IMG/VR virus record: IMGVR_UViG_3300032897_000002
Span: 1 to 64,000 of that record
Origin: a virus
Length of the DNA: 64,000 bases
Reading direction: 5' to 3' (one strand)
Position 1 is the first letter of the stretch. The number at the start of each line of letters is the position of its first letter. Below the pieces are notes generated by a model. That model was not told the origin of the DNA. It worked only from the letters and a program-made list of their open reading frames with translations, and did not search any database. Positions 36,463 through 47,158 of this stretch are shown piece after piece. Made by a program: the position numbers and the translations under genes.

Positions 36463-37386
36463 CTATTCCCAGCACGTTATTACATGACGGGCTTGCTTGT
36501 GGAGTACAGGGTATTTTTCTCTTTCGTCCGGGCTCACAAATTCTCTCTCCTCGATGTCGTCTTCCTTGGCGCTCCACGTTGAGAGTTTGACATGAGGGCC
36601 AGAGAAGCATTTTCTCCCGAACAATCTCGCCGTTTTAGAACTACCGACATCGCAAGCTCCGCAGGTTCTCGAAAATCCCCACTGACGGTAACAAATCTTG
36701 ATGCCGCATGACATACAGATAAACGGTGCCGTAAATCTCCAGCCTCGATATTCAAACCCTGTATCTTCGGGAAGTCGGGAATGGACAAATCCCGGCCCGC
36801 AGTAGAAGCAACTTGGATGTTCCGCTGTCGGTTTATGATATCCTTTGCAGTCCGCGCAATAAGATTCCATGTCTCGTGCCAGGAATTCCCGCCATGATTT
36901 TGCTAGTGGAGATTTCCTGTCTGCCACAAGTTCTTTATGAAGTTGATCTGGGCTTATATTGTTTTGCACGCAGAATTCTTGCCTTATTTTTTCAAACTGA
37001 TCTTGGCCTCGCCTTTCATGGGCACCGTTCCGTTCGCGCATGGCCTCGAACTGTTCTTTTCGAATCCTGGCCTCATCCTGCCAAAGCCTGTACTCGGCTG
37101 CGTCAGATAGCTGTTCAATGCTGATTTTCCTTCCGTTGTTTGGGCAGCCAAAGGACATGCACCGATAACCAGAGATTTTTATCAGGCCAATTTCTTTAAT
37201 CATGTTTCTGCCACAGGAAGGACAGGAAACTTCAGGGGCCGTACCACAATCTTTAATTCCTGCTTCGAGAAGCCGCGAGAATTCAGAGAAATCCGATGCC
37301 ATAGTCATCCCCTTTCGATACCCCCGCCATTCAGCAGGGAGTACCGGTACCCGCCAAAGGTGGCATTTGACAAGGACTGGCCACAA
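36463..37386 (-). CDS. Multi-zinc-finger hypothetical protein (start uncertain)
   Basis: At least five CxxC pairs. Confidence 0.55.
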   Translation of the reverse strand: MWPVLVKCHLWRVPVLPAEWRGYRKGMTMASDFSEFSRLLEAGIKDCGTAPEVSCPSCGRNMIKEIGLIKISGYRCMSFGCPNNGRKISIEQLSDAAEYRLWQDEARIRKEQFEAMRERNGAHERRGQDQFEKIRQEFCVQNNISPDQLHKELVADRKSPLAKSWREFLARDMESYCADCKGYHKPTAEHPSCFYCGPGFVHSRLPEDTGFEYRGWRFTAPFICMSCGIKICYRQWGFSRTCGACDVGSSKTARLFGRKCFSGPHVKLSTWSAKEDDIEEREFVSPDEREKYPVLHKQARHVITCWE

Positions 37387-37941
37387 GATGTGTAATAGTG
37401 GTGAGGACAGAGATGAACGGTATTAACCATCGTCCAGCTAAAGAGCCTTTATCAAATATTGCTTTCCAAGCAGAAGTCAAAAAGTGGCTTCGCGGTAACG
37501 AGATTGTTTATAATTTTCTTCAGAAGGGAATTCCTCCACCTAAGCGTGGAATTCCTCTGAGAGTCCAAAAAGCGCTGCGACACAGGCGGCACTTCTTTAG
37601 ATTGCTTGATTCCATAAAGGAATGAAACCCACCTTTCAAAATACTCTCTCGCAGGCCCCCTGCACGAAAGATGGACGCCCCTCGACGTGGCTTCGGCCAC
37701 TGCGGAATTGTCGATGTGGATTGGTTGATGTCGGCATGAACCCAAAGCACCTTGGGAGGAGAGGCAAAGGGTGCTCTTCGCCTCTCCTGAATCCCTGGAC
37801 TCGCGTCCCCTGTTCGATGCAGGAGACACCCCAAGATAAAATCTGCGCGATGGAATTGTCAAGCTCATTCTTTCGTCGGTAGTGTCTCAGTTTGAATTTT
37901 CTTGTCCTTGACTGAGGCAGCGAGCCTGCGATAATGGGAGC

Positions 37942-38163
37942 ATGTCACAGAGACCCCGCGACCAGAACCAGCTTGCCAAGCTGATTGTGGATATTGCCAC
38001 CGGACAGGCAGAGGATGCGGATAGTGAGGCCAAGCGACACCCAGAGAGCGTCAGAGGTAGGGCCGGAGGAATTGCAGGCGGAGTGGCAAGAGCGAAAACA
38101 ATTTCAGCCAAGAAACGCTCCGCAATTGCGATGAAAGCAGCTAAATCTCGCTGGAAATCTTAG
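37942..38163 (+). CDS. Small basic protein of the type accompanying IS1-like transposases
   Basis: RPRD.NQLAKLIVDIATG...GRAGGIAGG.ARA..IS..KRS.IA.KAA..RW. Confidence 0.75.
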   Translation: MSQRPRDQNQLAKLIVDIATGQAEDADSEAKRHPESVRGRAGGIAGGVARAKTISAKKRSAIAMKAAKSRWKS

Positions 38164-38166
38164 CGT

Positions 38167-38910
38167 TCATTGAACAATATCACGGATACGATCTGTGAAC
38201 CGTTTTAGGGCTGCCTCCCTTTGCTGCTCACTCGCATTTGAATTCATCACATCGAAAAAGAACTGTTTCAGGAAAAACTCTGCCATGAGCACATCTTGCT
38301 CCATGGTTGGGGTCATGGTGGAGCACTCGCGCAGGCTGCCGCCCGGTAACAGTTCAATCAGGTTAGTATCTCCTCCGCAGCCATCCACAAAGGCTTTTGC
38401 CTTAGCCACAAAATATGTCGCAATAACTGCCGCAGTCTTTATGGTTAGATGGAAAGGGCCGGATAAGAAAAGTGATTCTAGGTACCGGACTATTGAGCTA
38501 TCCCCTACACCGACGTAATCATACAGAGGAACCTCATTAACCGTTATTTTCGATGTTTTGATTAACTGCAAATCGCTGCCGATGGACAAACCGAATAGAG
38601 TAAAGAGTCCGTAAGGGTTGGGCATGATGACGTTCTTCATTCTTGCCAAAGTGGTTTCGATTAGCTTCCTGGTGTTGTGCCCGGTGGGAATATAGTCTGC
38701 CTTGCCCATAGAATCGACCAGCCTGTCCTTGAACATCATCATTAAGTCAGGATCACCAGCAAAGGTGAAGCAAGCCCAGCCACCCGCACTCGGAAGTTCA
38801 ATTTCACAAATCTTATTTTGGTGGAATTTGTGAGAGCCTTGGAAGGTTATTTGAGTGTCCGAACACAGAACGATCCCGTCTACGCACTTAAATCCGACCC
38901 CTATAGTCAC
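38167..38910 (-). CDS. Proteasome beta/HslV-like Ntn (Thr) hydrolase
   Basis: GTG start after the RBS AAGGAGG gives M-TIGVGFKC.DGIVLCSDTQIT; K in HQNKI; VGVGDS and GCGG motifs. Confidence 0.75.
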   Translation of the reverse strand: MTIGVGFKCVDGIVLCSDTQITFQGSHKFHQNKICEIELPSAGGWACFTFAGDPDLMMMFKDRLVDSMGKADYIPTGHNTRKLIETTLARMKNVIMPNPYGLFTLFGLSIGSDLQLIKTSKITVNEVPLYDYVGVGDSSIVRYLESLFLSGPFHLTIKTAAVIATYFVAKAKAFVDGCGGDTNLIELLPGGSLRECSTMTPTMEQDVLMAEFFLKQFFFDVMNSNASEQQREAALKRFTDRIRDIVQ

Positions 38911-39151
38911 AAGTTTCCTCCTTGCGAATTGCAGCGGATTGGGCCGGAAATGAGTCAGCGGGTTCTTCGGCAATTCAACTTTGACTATAGACACAGCTAC
39001 CCTCACTGGTATAGATTAGAAACCAGCTAGGGCAGCGCTCCGGTTGATTGCCTTCAACCCCTTGCGCGACCACTCCGAGGATTTCCAGTCAAGTGAATCG
39101 TAACAGCTTTCGGGTCACACCGAAAGCTTTTACATTTCAAACTGAACTTTG

Positions 39152-39183
39152 TGCTTGACAAGCAATTATTCGTCAAGCATAAT
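39152..39183 (+). promoter_or_regulatory. Transposase promoter with overlapping palindromic operator
   Basis: TTGACA-17 nt-CATAAT; inverted repeat TGCTTGAC...GTCAAGCA; ATG 7 nt after the -10. Confidence 0.65.
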
Positions 39184-39190
39184 ATTCAGT

Positions 39191-40057
39191 ATGAACCGAC
39201 TACCCATTGAAGACCGCGCACGAATAATTGGAATGTTAATTGAGGGAATGAGCCTCCGCGCCACCAGTCGGCTGGCCGATGTTTCGATTAATACTGTCAC
39301 AAAACTTCTAGTAGAAGTTGGCATCGCATCTGCCGAATATCAGGACCGGACCCTGCGCAAACTCAAGTGCAAAAGGATTCAATGCGACGAGATTTGGGCG
39401 TTTGTCTACGCCAAAGAGAAGAACGTCCCCAGTAAATTGAAAGGCAAGTTTGGCTTCGGAGATGTCTGGACCTGGACAGCGATTGACGCTGACACCAAAC
39501 TGGTTCCCTCCTTCATGGTAGGCAACCGCGACGCGCAGACCGCGAACATCTTCATTGACGATCTCAAAAGCCGACTAGCGAACCGCGTGCAACTCACCAC
39601 CGATGGCCTCAAGGTTTACTTGGAAGCGGTTGAGGGCGCATTCGGAGCTGACATCGACTACGCCCAACTGGTAAAGATTTATGGTGCCACGCAGGAGGAA
39701 GTACGGTACTCGCCTGCCGAATGCTTGGGCTGCGAAACCAAACGAGTCCAGGGCCATCCTGATCCCAAACACATTTCGACAAGTTATGTTGAACGCCAGA
39801 ATCTCACGATGCGAATGGGGATGCGCCGCTTCACTCGCCTGACTAACGCCTTCTCAAAGAAAGTCGAGAACCACGCCTACCAGGTGGCCCTTCACTTCAT
39901 GTACTACAATTTCGCCAGAATCCACCAGACCTTGCGATGCACTCCGGCAATGGAAGCTGGAGTATCCGACCATGTTTGGAGTATCAAGGAAATCGCGGCG
40001 CTCCTGCCAGAGCCGACATTCGGACCGCGCGGACCGTATAGGAAGAGGGATAAATGA
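39191..40057 (+). CDS. IS1-family-like DDE transposase
   Basis: N-terminal HTH (EGMSLRATSRLADVSINTV); IQCDEIWAFV, QLTTDG, STSYVERQNLTMRMGMRRFTRLTNAFSKK. Confidence 0.9.
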   Translation: MNRLPIEDRARIIGMLIEGMSLRATSRLADVSINTVTKLLVEVGIASAEYQDRTLRKLKCKRIQCDEIWAFVYAKEKNVPSKLKGKFGFGDVWTWTAIDADTKLVPSFMVGNRDAQTANIFIDDLKSRLANRVQLTTDGLKVYLEAVEGAFGADIDYAQLVKIYGATQEEVRYSPAECLGCETKRVQGHPDPKHISTSYVERQNLTMRMGMRRFTRLTNAFSKKVENHAYQVALHFMYYNFARIHQTLRCTPAMEAGVSDHVWSIKEIAALLPEPTFGPRGPYRKRDK

Positions 40058-40341
40058 CAGACAAACTGACACTCAAAGAGATGGTTCTTCAGCTTCTCCA
40101 AGCTCTCGAATATGACCAATGCCGAACCGCAGCCATGGCGAAGATTCTGACTGATTGCCCCGACAGAATAACTAGGGCAACATGGCCAGCGAAGGTCAAG
40201 AAACTCATAAACGACCCCGCATTGAGGGAGGCCGTTCATTCCTCATTTGAGCCAATCTACGCCCACATACGCGAAGCACCTGACGGGATGGGCCTTGCCG
40301 AATTGCTTGCGAAATTGCCAACAAAAGGGAGAATAAATTAG
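40054..40341 (+). CDS. Hypothetical protein downstream of the transposase
   Basis: Overlaps the transposase stop (ATGA). Confidence 0.5.
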   Translation: MTDKLTLKEMVLQLLQALEYDQCRTAAMAKILTDCPDRITRATWPAKVKKLINDPALREAVHSSFEPIYAHIREAPDGMGLAELLAKLPTKGRIN

Positions 40342-40413
40342 TTGGTTTCTTAATCTTTGGCATTGGACGCAACTCCGTGATACTCTGAGTTTGCCCGACC
40401 CAAAGTCCGAAAG

Positions 40414-40445
40414 GCCCCGACTGCGAATCGGGGCTTTTTCTTTTT
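40414..40445 (+). terminator. Intrinsic terminator
   Basis: GCCCCGA-CTGCGAA-TCGGGGC followed by a T tract. Confidence 0.7.
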
Positions 40446-41727
40446 ATACCACGCCTGTCAAATTACAAGCGTATAATCCCGGCCCATGAGTCCTTCTGAT
40501 CTCCCCTGGTGGGCATGGCTGTTCGGCGGATTAGCAGGCTTTATTGCGGGGCTCGCGATAAAAGCGGAGTGCGACGGTCTCTTATTGAAACTCCTTGGGA
40601 TGCTGCTTGCCGTTGCTAGTTTCCTGTCTATAATCATCGGTATTGTGCGGCTTATCAAGTGGGCTTGGGTTGGGTGAATAACCCGCTCAAATGGAGATAC
40701 AACGCTATGTTAGAATTTGCCTTTCTTTTCGCCGTTCTCTTGCTCGCGGTAATTGTAAGGTGCATCTCCTTGATGCGGCGCCAGTGCTTGGCGTGCAGGC
40801 GCGAGAAGAGAAGCGGCGAGCGGGCGGCCGGCGTCTCGATGTCGGGGGCGCGACCAAAGATTCACCAGGTCTTGGGGATGTCGCGGGTGTCAGGCATATT
40901 TTCTCCTCAATCTTTCTCAGTCGCAAAATGAACCAATTGAACCAGAAAAAGACACGCTATGGCGGTGGAGAATCCTGGGTCCCAACCCTTCCATACCCCC
41001 ACGGAAACGCCCACCAAAAGAGCAGCGCATATTGCGAGGAATTGGGATTTTATTCGGTTCGTCATGCTCGCTTGGACTCCTTCTCCTTCCAAAGTTCCTT
41101 CATGGTCGCCAGTTCGCGTTGCAGCTTCGAGCACTCCAAGAACTTGGAGATGAACAGCCGATGTAAACGCTCCCAGGCTTCTGTGGCGCGGTCACGCTGC
41201 CAGGCGACCTCGGCTAGTTCGGCGCGGAGGCGCGTGATCTCGGGAGTGATGAGGAGCTTGCGGAGCCAGGTCATCAGTAAATCCTCCGGTGTCCGGGGAA
41301 CTCAGACTCCTCCACTTCAAAGTGTGGCGGGGCCTCCAGTGGTAAGCCGCGCCCGTAGTGCTTCATGAAAATATCGTGCTCGGTTCCCTTGCGGTAACTC
41401 ATCCTCAGACCGCACCACTTGCACCACTTTTGATAATCGCCATCAGGAGCAATCGGGCCGATCTCCGGGGCGTAGTGCCAGTCAAAGCGATGGGCAAGGC
41501 GCATAAAGGGGCGGTAGAGGCCAAACCATTTCATCAGTAAATCCTCCGCATCAGGTCACGCACGAAACGCCACTGGGACGCGAGAACTTGGGTGAGCGTC
41601 CGGGGTTGCTCCCAGGTAGAATCGACCCAAGCGAGAATGGTCATTGCAAAGTAGAGGACGACTAATACAGTGGCAAGCGCAATGGAAAATCCGGCAAATT
41701 CCGCGAAAAATGACAGGTTTTGCATCG

Positions 41728-42555
41728 TCACTCCTTCCGCTCCTTGAGCATCTGCATCTCAACGAGGCAGTCCAGTTCACCGCGCAGGGCTCCGTCTTGG
41801 TCGGGGCCGGAGTAGCTGAGACATTCTTGGCGCATCTTCTCGGTGCGGTCGAACAGGGACGGCTGTGCTTCCACCAGCGCGATCCGCTCGCGGGCGATGC
41901 GGCAGTATTCCTCGCTGATTTCAAAGCCCAGGAAGTGGCGGGAAGAATGTTTAGCAGCTTGCAGCGTGGTGCCTGACCCCACAAAGCAGTCGAGAACAAC
42001 ACCATCACCGGGAACGCAGACATCGACCAACTCCTGCATCAACTCCGTGGGCTTCTGCACTGGATGCTCCCTTTCCGAAGATTCGGTTGCTGAATAGCGC
42101 AAGATGTCCGAATGTAAATCGCCGTTTCCCTTGGAAAAGGCCCCGGAGTTAGACGCCCAAAGAATCAGTTCAAACTGGTGGCGGAAGATGCGCCCAAGAC
42201 CAACGCGCATTTTGTCCCAAACGAGTGCAACCGAGAAGTCCCACCATCCATAGGCAACTGGATAGAACACTGGATAGGATTCATCGTTACAGAAACAAAG
42301 GAGGTTGCCCTTTGTTTTAAGAACCCGCTTCCACTCTTGGCACCAATCGAAGAAGCACTGACCAAGAATGCTCAAATCTCCCCAGCATCGGCCCCAAGAA
42401 ATACGAGACTGATAATGAGATGCCGGGGCAAAAAACGGCGGGTCAGTTATCACCGCATCTATGCACCGATCCGGCAGCGCCTTCATGAGTTCCAGGCAAT
42501 CCCCGCAGACCACCGAGCAGCAGTCATACGGCCCGAGTTTGCGCCCACAACTCAT
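41728..42555 (-). CDS. N6/N4 DNA methyltransferase (beta class)
   Basis: GDCLELM, VITDPPF, HPVQKP, VLDCFVGSGTT, GFEI; start MSCGRKL after AGGTG. Confidence 0.9.
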   Translation of the reverse strand: MSCGRKLGPYDCCSVVCGDCLELMKALPDRCIDAVITDPPFFAPASHYQSRISWGRCWGDLSILGQCFFDWCQEWKRVLKTKGNLLCFCNDESYPVFYPVAYGWWDFSVALVWDKMRVGLGRIFRHQFELILWASNSGAFSKGNGDLHSDILRYSATESSEREHPVQKPTELMQELVDVCVPGDGVVLDCFVGSGTTLQAAKHSSRHFLGFEISEEYCRIARERIALVEAQPSLFDRTEKMRQECLSYSGPDQDGALRGELDCLVEMQMLKERKE

Positions 42556-43481
42556 CGCTTCACCTGCGGACCGCGCCACAACTCCCGCTGCGAGTCCCAT
42601 CGGTAGCCGAGACGCTCGATACGCTTCTGGGCTTGGACCGCACGCTTGAGCAGGTCTGGCATCGCCAGGGGACCGGCCCCGTTGTGCGGCTGCGCCTTGA
42701 TGTACCGCTCGATCTCGCGCCGGAGGTGCATGAGGGTGGGTTGGCGGGGCATTAAATGTCCTTCCCATCCAGCAGCTTTATCTTGCGCAGTTTCCCGAGG
42801 TAATGCTCCTGACCCACCGTGCAGAATCCCAGTTGAGCCAGAACTGTGCGCAGGCTCTTTGCGGCTATGGTGACCCGACCCCGGATGAACTCAGCGCTTC
42901 CACTCTTTTGATCTCGGCTGAGAACATCTAGGGCATCTCTAGTGGCAGCTTCGACTATAAGCAGTTCACGTTCAATCTCGCCGCGCAGGAAGAACAGGGC
43001 TCTTTCGGACTTCTTGATTCTGGGCATTACTCCATCCCCTCTCGTGCGTGCTCAACGTGAATCGTGCGGACAGCCGGGCACTTGCAGCAGCGCTGAAAGA
43101 CGTGGTGGGCCGGCATGGGCTCATCGGGCGGCGGCTCGTGGTAGTGCCAGCAGTGCGAGCAGGGGTCACGGTGCGTGTCTTTCATGGATCACCTCACTTC
43201 CCCATCCTGACGTAGAGCCGCGCCACAAAGAAGGCGGGCCACATTGGAATACCCAGCAGAGCCGCAAGCAATCGGACTGCAAGGCGCCCCTTGCGGTTGT
43301 CTCGTTCAGCCACGATGATGACGCCTGTCCAGAGGTAGAGGAAGAGCAGGAAGTATCTCACTTCGGCCCCCTTCCGAGCTTGCGCAACTGGCGCTCGACG
43401 TACCAGACGAATAGGGCGGCTTCGAGGCAGATGACCGCAGCGGAGATTAGAAAGGCTTCGATCACGGTTAGGTCCATCGCT

Positions 43482-44030
43482 TCAAATCCCCCTTGCCGGG
43501 TTGCGGTGGCCCATCGCCTTGCACTGAAAGCAGCCGTACAGACGGCAGGTCAGCGGGTCGTGTTTGGCTGGCTTCGGCTCGTCGTAGGCTTCAATGATGT
43601 CTGCCGGGTCGGGCTCCCAGGCGGCATTGTGCGGCACTCCAGCGGGGCGCGTAGGGTCGGGTGGCTCGTCATCCTCTCGCAGCATCGGGGCTCCGATGTC
43701 CTGCGGGTCAATGACAGCCGGCTTGCGCTTCTTGAGACGCTCAAGGAATGGCTCTCTCGTGGGTTTTGGTTGCCCGCCTTCGGGGCGTGTTTGTGCGGAT
43801 GCGTCCCCCGCTACAGCATTCGCGTCCCGCATTGTTGGCAGACTCCCATCACGAAGTTGTGATTCAAGCATGGCGCGATCATGGCTATCACCCCCCTTTA
43901 TCGGACTGTTCCAATCGGTGCGCTTGCAGCGTGGGCAGACCTTCGGCAGCGTCCCGTAACGCGGTTTCCATGTGTATTTGCAGCGTTCGCAGACCAGAGA
44001 GTCTACCGTCTCGCGGGTTATCACTGCCAT
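43482..44030 (-). CDS. Zinc-ribbon protein (CERC...CPRC), probably leaderless
   Basis: TTGACA-17 nt-TATACG just upstream. Confidence 0.6.
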   Translation of the reverse strand: MAVITRETVDSLVCERCKYTWKPRYGTLPKVCPRCKRTDWNSPIKGGDSHDRAMLESQLRDGSLPTMRDANAVAGDASAQTRPEGGQPKPTREPFLERLKKRKPAVIDPQDIGAPMLREDDEPPDPTRPAGVPHNAAWEPDPADIIEAYDEPKPAKHDPLTCRLYGCFQCKAMGHRNPARGI

Positions 44031-44069
44031 ACCTATACGTATAAAGGCGGGCTGAGTCGATGTCAAGCC

Positions 44070-45668
44070 CTATCTGTTCCCCTCTCGAAACCACTCCGGG
44101 GCGTAATCGACCTCGACCACGTACTTCTTTTCCTTGGCCATGTGCTGCATCAGATACAGGTCTCGCTGGACTGGATCACCGATCAGGGCCGCGTGGGCTT
44201 GGGTCTGAATGTCCTCCGGCATCTCGGCAAAACGCACCGGGCCGGCAAAGGTCAGCGCGAGGGCGTCTCCTTCGTCGGGGGATTTCAGGCCGCGTTTCTT
44301 CATGCTCTCTTTGGACTCCAGAATCAACTTGCCGTTGGCCTTGGAAGCTCCGTAGCCAACCTGGGTCAAGTCCTGCTCCAGGTCGGGGCTGTGCGGGATA
44401 GCGCCTTGTGGCAGCCAGGCCCGCATACGCCACCACATAGCCGCCCGCATGTTCTCGCAGTGTGCCTCTGCGGATGAGCCGCTGAACTGCACTCCCACAA
44501 TCCGCACGCCATGGCCTTTATCGGGCCAACTCTCCACCACCGCCCGCAGGCGGTCCCCGATAGGTCCGCCGATGGAGCCGCCCGTTTCATCAATAAAAAC
44601 CATGTCTGGCCAGCGCTCGCGGATCACGTCAGCTAGGAGCGACACCATAATGCCGGTGTCCCGCGTCTTCTCGCCCGGTACCATCAGCCAGGGAATCGAC
44701 CGCGCATCCTGCCCGCGCCGGAAGGCAATCACGTTGCGGTCGTCGCCGCCCCGCGCCAGGTCCACGCCCATCAACAGCGGGTCAAGGGATTCATCAACGT
44801 GCCGCGTCATGGCGCCATAAACCCGGTCTGAGTCGATAAAGGACGCATCGCCGGCCCGTGGGAACTCACCGCGCACCCGGACGCGCACAAAGTCGCTATC
44901 CTCGCCCCAGTCCTCAACCCATTGTTGGAATTGCTCTTTATTGGTACCGTCAACTGTACGGCTGTCAATCTGATAGGTCTTCCAGCGGTGCGAATGGCGG
45001 CCGAAACACTCACGGAAGCGGCCGGTTGATCTTGAAGGGTTCCCGAAGGCCAGCCAGATTATCTCTGTGCCGGTGTCGGTCTGCGCACCTTCGGCAGCAG
45101 CCCAGATACTATCCGCTATCGCGCTTGCCTCATCGAATACTAGCACGATCCGGCTGCCCTGGTTGTGCATTCCCTGAAAGGCTTCTGAATTGTGCTCCGT
45201 CCACGGCACCAAGTCTGCCCGCCAGTCGGCCGGCGACTCTTTAACGGCTAAAGTGGTGCCGGTCAACGCCATCCAGTGGCTATTGATGGCGCGATTGAGC
45301 CAGATGTTAAGCTCTGGCCGGGTCTTTGTGCGTAGCTGTACCTCAGTGTTGGCGGTGACCGTAGCGCGGGCGCGGGGGCACGTTGACAGGCCCCACAGCA
45401 GCACCATAGAGACTAGGGCAGACTTCCCGATGCCATGACCAGAGCTTACGGCAATGCGGCAGGGCTCGCCGCGCCGGTTCTGGAGATGCCAGGCGATATA
45501 CTGGAGGATTTCACGCTGCCAAGGGCGTGGACCGGGAGCACTTAGCAATTCACCTTGACCCCAGCCAAACGCTAGATGGACATATCGAAGCGGGTCGTAA
45601 GTGCAATAGCCGACTGCCTTTATAAGCTCAAGATCGGCTTCAGTTGCCTGCGGTGAGGGCGCGGACAT
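44070..45668 (-). CDS. terL: Terminase large subunit
   Basis: Walker A SGHGIGKS, Walker B VLVFDEAS, GNP coupling motif, RNase H-like GVDLARGGDD and SPDEGDALALTF. Confidence 0.95.
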   Translation of the reverse strand: MSAPSPQATEADLELIKAVGYCTYDPLRYVHLAFGWGQGELLSAPGPRPWQREILQYIAWHLQNRRGEPCRIAVSSGHGIGKSALVSMVLLWGLSTCPRARATVTANTEVQLRTKTRPELNIWLNRAINSHWMALTGTTLAVKESPADWRADLVPWTEHNSEAFQGMHNQGSRIVLVFDEASAIADSIWAAAEGAQTDTGTEIIWLAFGNPSRSTGRFRECFGRHSHRWKTYQIDSRTVDGTNKEQFQQWVEDWGEDSDFVRVRVRGEFPRAGDASFIDSDRVYGAMTRHVDESLDPLLMGVDLARGGDDRNVIAFRRGQDARSIPWLMVPGEKTRDTGIMVSLLADVIRERWPDMVFIDETGGSIGGPIGDRLRAVVESWPDKGHGVRIVGVQFSGSSAEAHCENMRAAMWWRMRAWLPQGAIPHSPDLEQDLTQVGYGASKANGKLILESKESMKKRGLKSPDEGDALALTFAGPVRFAEMPEDIQTQAHAALIGDPVQRDLYLMQHMAKEKKYVVEVDYAPEWFREGNR

Positions 45669-46347
45669 TGTTCTCTTCGGGGGTTTCCTGCTTAGGCATG
45701 GTTGATAATCGCTGCCGAATGACCGCTAATTGCTCAGCGATAAGAATAGGCCCACCATTAGGCCCGGAGACCTCAACCTTGGTCGGGAACAGCGCCAAAT
45801 GCTTCCCGAGCATCTCAAGCGCTCGCAACCTGTCTGTCAGCTTGAACTTGCGCAACTGACCGAAGCAATGCTTACCGCTGCCGTCCGCCGCGTCTTCGTA
45901 CAGGTTCACAAACTCAAAACCGGCCACTGCATGGGCGCTCAGGTCATCCAGGTCTTTAATGTCCTTCGCGGTGCCTTTTTCGTCAAAGAAATCTCGAACG
46001 TCGTAAGTCGCTGATTTGGCAAGAGCTTGCAGAACGTCGTCGGCCTTCATTTCGATCTTCTTAGCCTGAATCGCCAAAAGTTCATCAATTCTTGCCCGTA
46101 TTTTAGGGGTTTTTAGCAGTTTGGCAGCCGATACCGCCGCAGACCTTGGACTGTACCCGGCCCGAACCGCTGCGAGCATCTTCTTGCGGTCAACGATGTA
46201 CTCACGGCAGAAGCGCTCTTGATTATCAGGGAGTTTCCCGCCCTTCGTCTGGGATGGCCTGCCCTTGGGTACAGTGGCCCCAGGCTGCACTTTCTCGGGT
46301 TGGTGCCCCGCTAATTGTGCGTTGCTGCTTTTCTGATCTTCGAGCAT
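45640..46347 (-). CDS. terS: Terminase small subunit
   Basis: QERFCREYIVD...AAVRAGYS...A.KLLK.P.I...I; DRLRALEMLGKHL.LF...VEVSGPNGGPI. Confidence 0.92.
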   Translation of the reverse strand: MLEDQKSSNAQLAGHQPEKVQPGATVPKGRPSQTKGGKLPDNQERFCREYIVDRKKMLAAVRAGYSPRSAAVSAAKLLKTPKIRARIDELLAIQAKKIEMKADDVLQALAKSATYDVRDFFDEKGTAKDIKDLDDLSAHAVAGFEFVNLYEDAADGSGKHCFGQLRKFKLTDRLRALEMLGKHLALFPTKVEVSGPNGGPILIAEQLAVIRQRLSTMPKQETPEENNVRALTAGN

Positions 46348-46597
46348 ATAATCTAAGCCGACCTCTCAGTATGAGAGGCTCGCTCCCGGCTTGGAACAGA
46401 AAGACTCATCTGCGGAAATATATAACCCTTATCCCGTTTGCGCTTGAAAGATCGCAGCGACGCAGAAAGTTGCTTTATCCTGTCTTTCTCCTGCCGAATC
46501 TGTTCCTCGGTGTCCGCTATCAGAACATCCCAAGAAATGTCTCCTGACCTTTCATTTTTTTCTTGACAAACGTCTCTAGACATTATAAGCTCCTTGC

Positions 46598-47035
46598 ATG
46601 ACAAAGCCTGAATATAAGGAAATCGTTGATCGGCTTAGAATTAGGCTTACCGAAATCGACACCGAAAGAGCAGAACTTGACGTGCGCCGCTCCGATTTCG
46701 ACCGGGAGGCCGCAAGCATTAAAGACACCCTTGCCGACCTGCTGCCGTTGTGCGGGGAAGTTGCCAATCTCGGTGATCTGAGCGGACTTGGATTCACGAA
46801 CGCGATTCGCGGGGTCATGACTCTCAGGGCCGGAGAATGGATGTCCGCATCCGCAATAAAAGAAGCACTGGTTCAAGGTGGATTTGAACTCTCGACCTAC
46901 ACAAACCCGATGGCGAGCATCTACAAAATTCTCTCCCGTCTCAAGGAAGCCAAAGAGATTGAAGTTAAAGATGAAGGAATGAAAACGCTGTACCGAGGTA
47001 AACCTAACCTTCCGGTCGTTTCCAAGGTTAGATGA
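46598..47035 (+). CDS. Coiled-coil + winged-HTH-like protein upstream of the second transposase
   Basis: TTGACA-17 nt-TAAGCT with ATG 6 nt later; NPMASIYKILSRL helix. Confidence 0.65.
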   Translation: MTKPEYKEIVDRLRIRLTEIDTERAELDVRRSDFDREAASIKDTLADLLPLCGEVANLGDLSGLGFTNAIRGVMTLRAGEWMSASAIKEALVQGGFELSTYTNPMASIYKILSRLKEAKEIEVKDEGMKTLYRGKPNLPVVSKVR

Positions 47036-47158
47036 AAGTAAGAAGCCCTGCCAGTAGTTACGAGCTGCTGACAGGGCCAAATCCAGCACGCGGGGTAAGC
47101 CGTATGCCGAATCTCTCAATCGCATTATCGGCTTGCTACCGCAGAAAGGCAAGCCGAA

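Larger units (their letters stand above)
37878..40341. mobile_element. IS1-like cargo-carrying element (right boundary uncertain)
   Basis: End-like motif GGTAGTGTCTCAGTTTGAAT at 37878 with a partial inverted copy ATTTCAAACTGA at 39134; contains a small basic gene, a protease gene and a DDE transposase. Confidence 0.55.
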
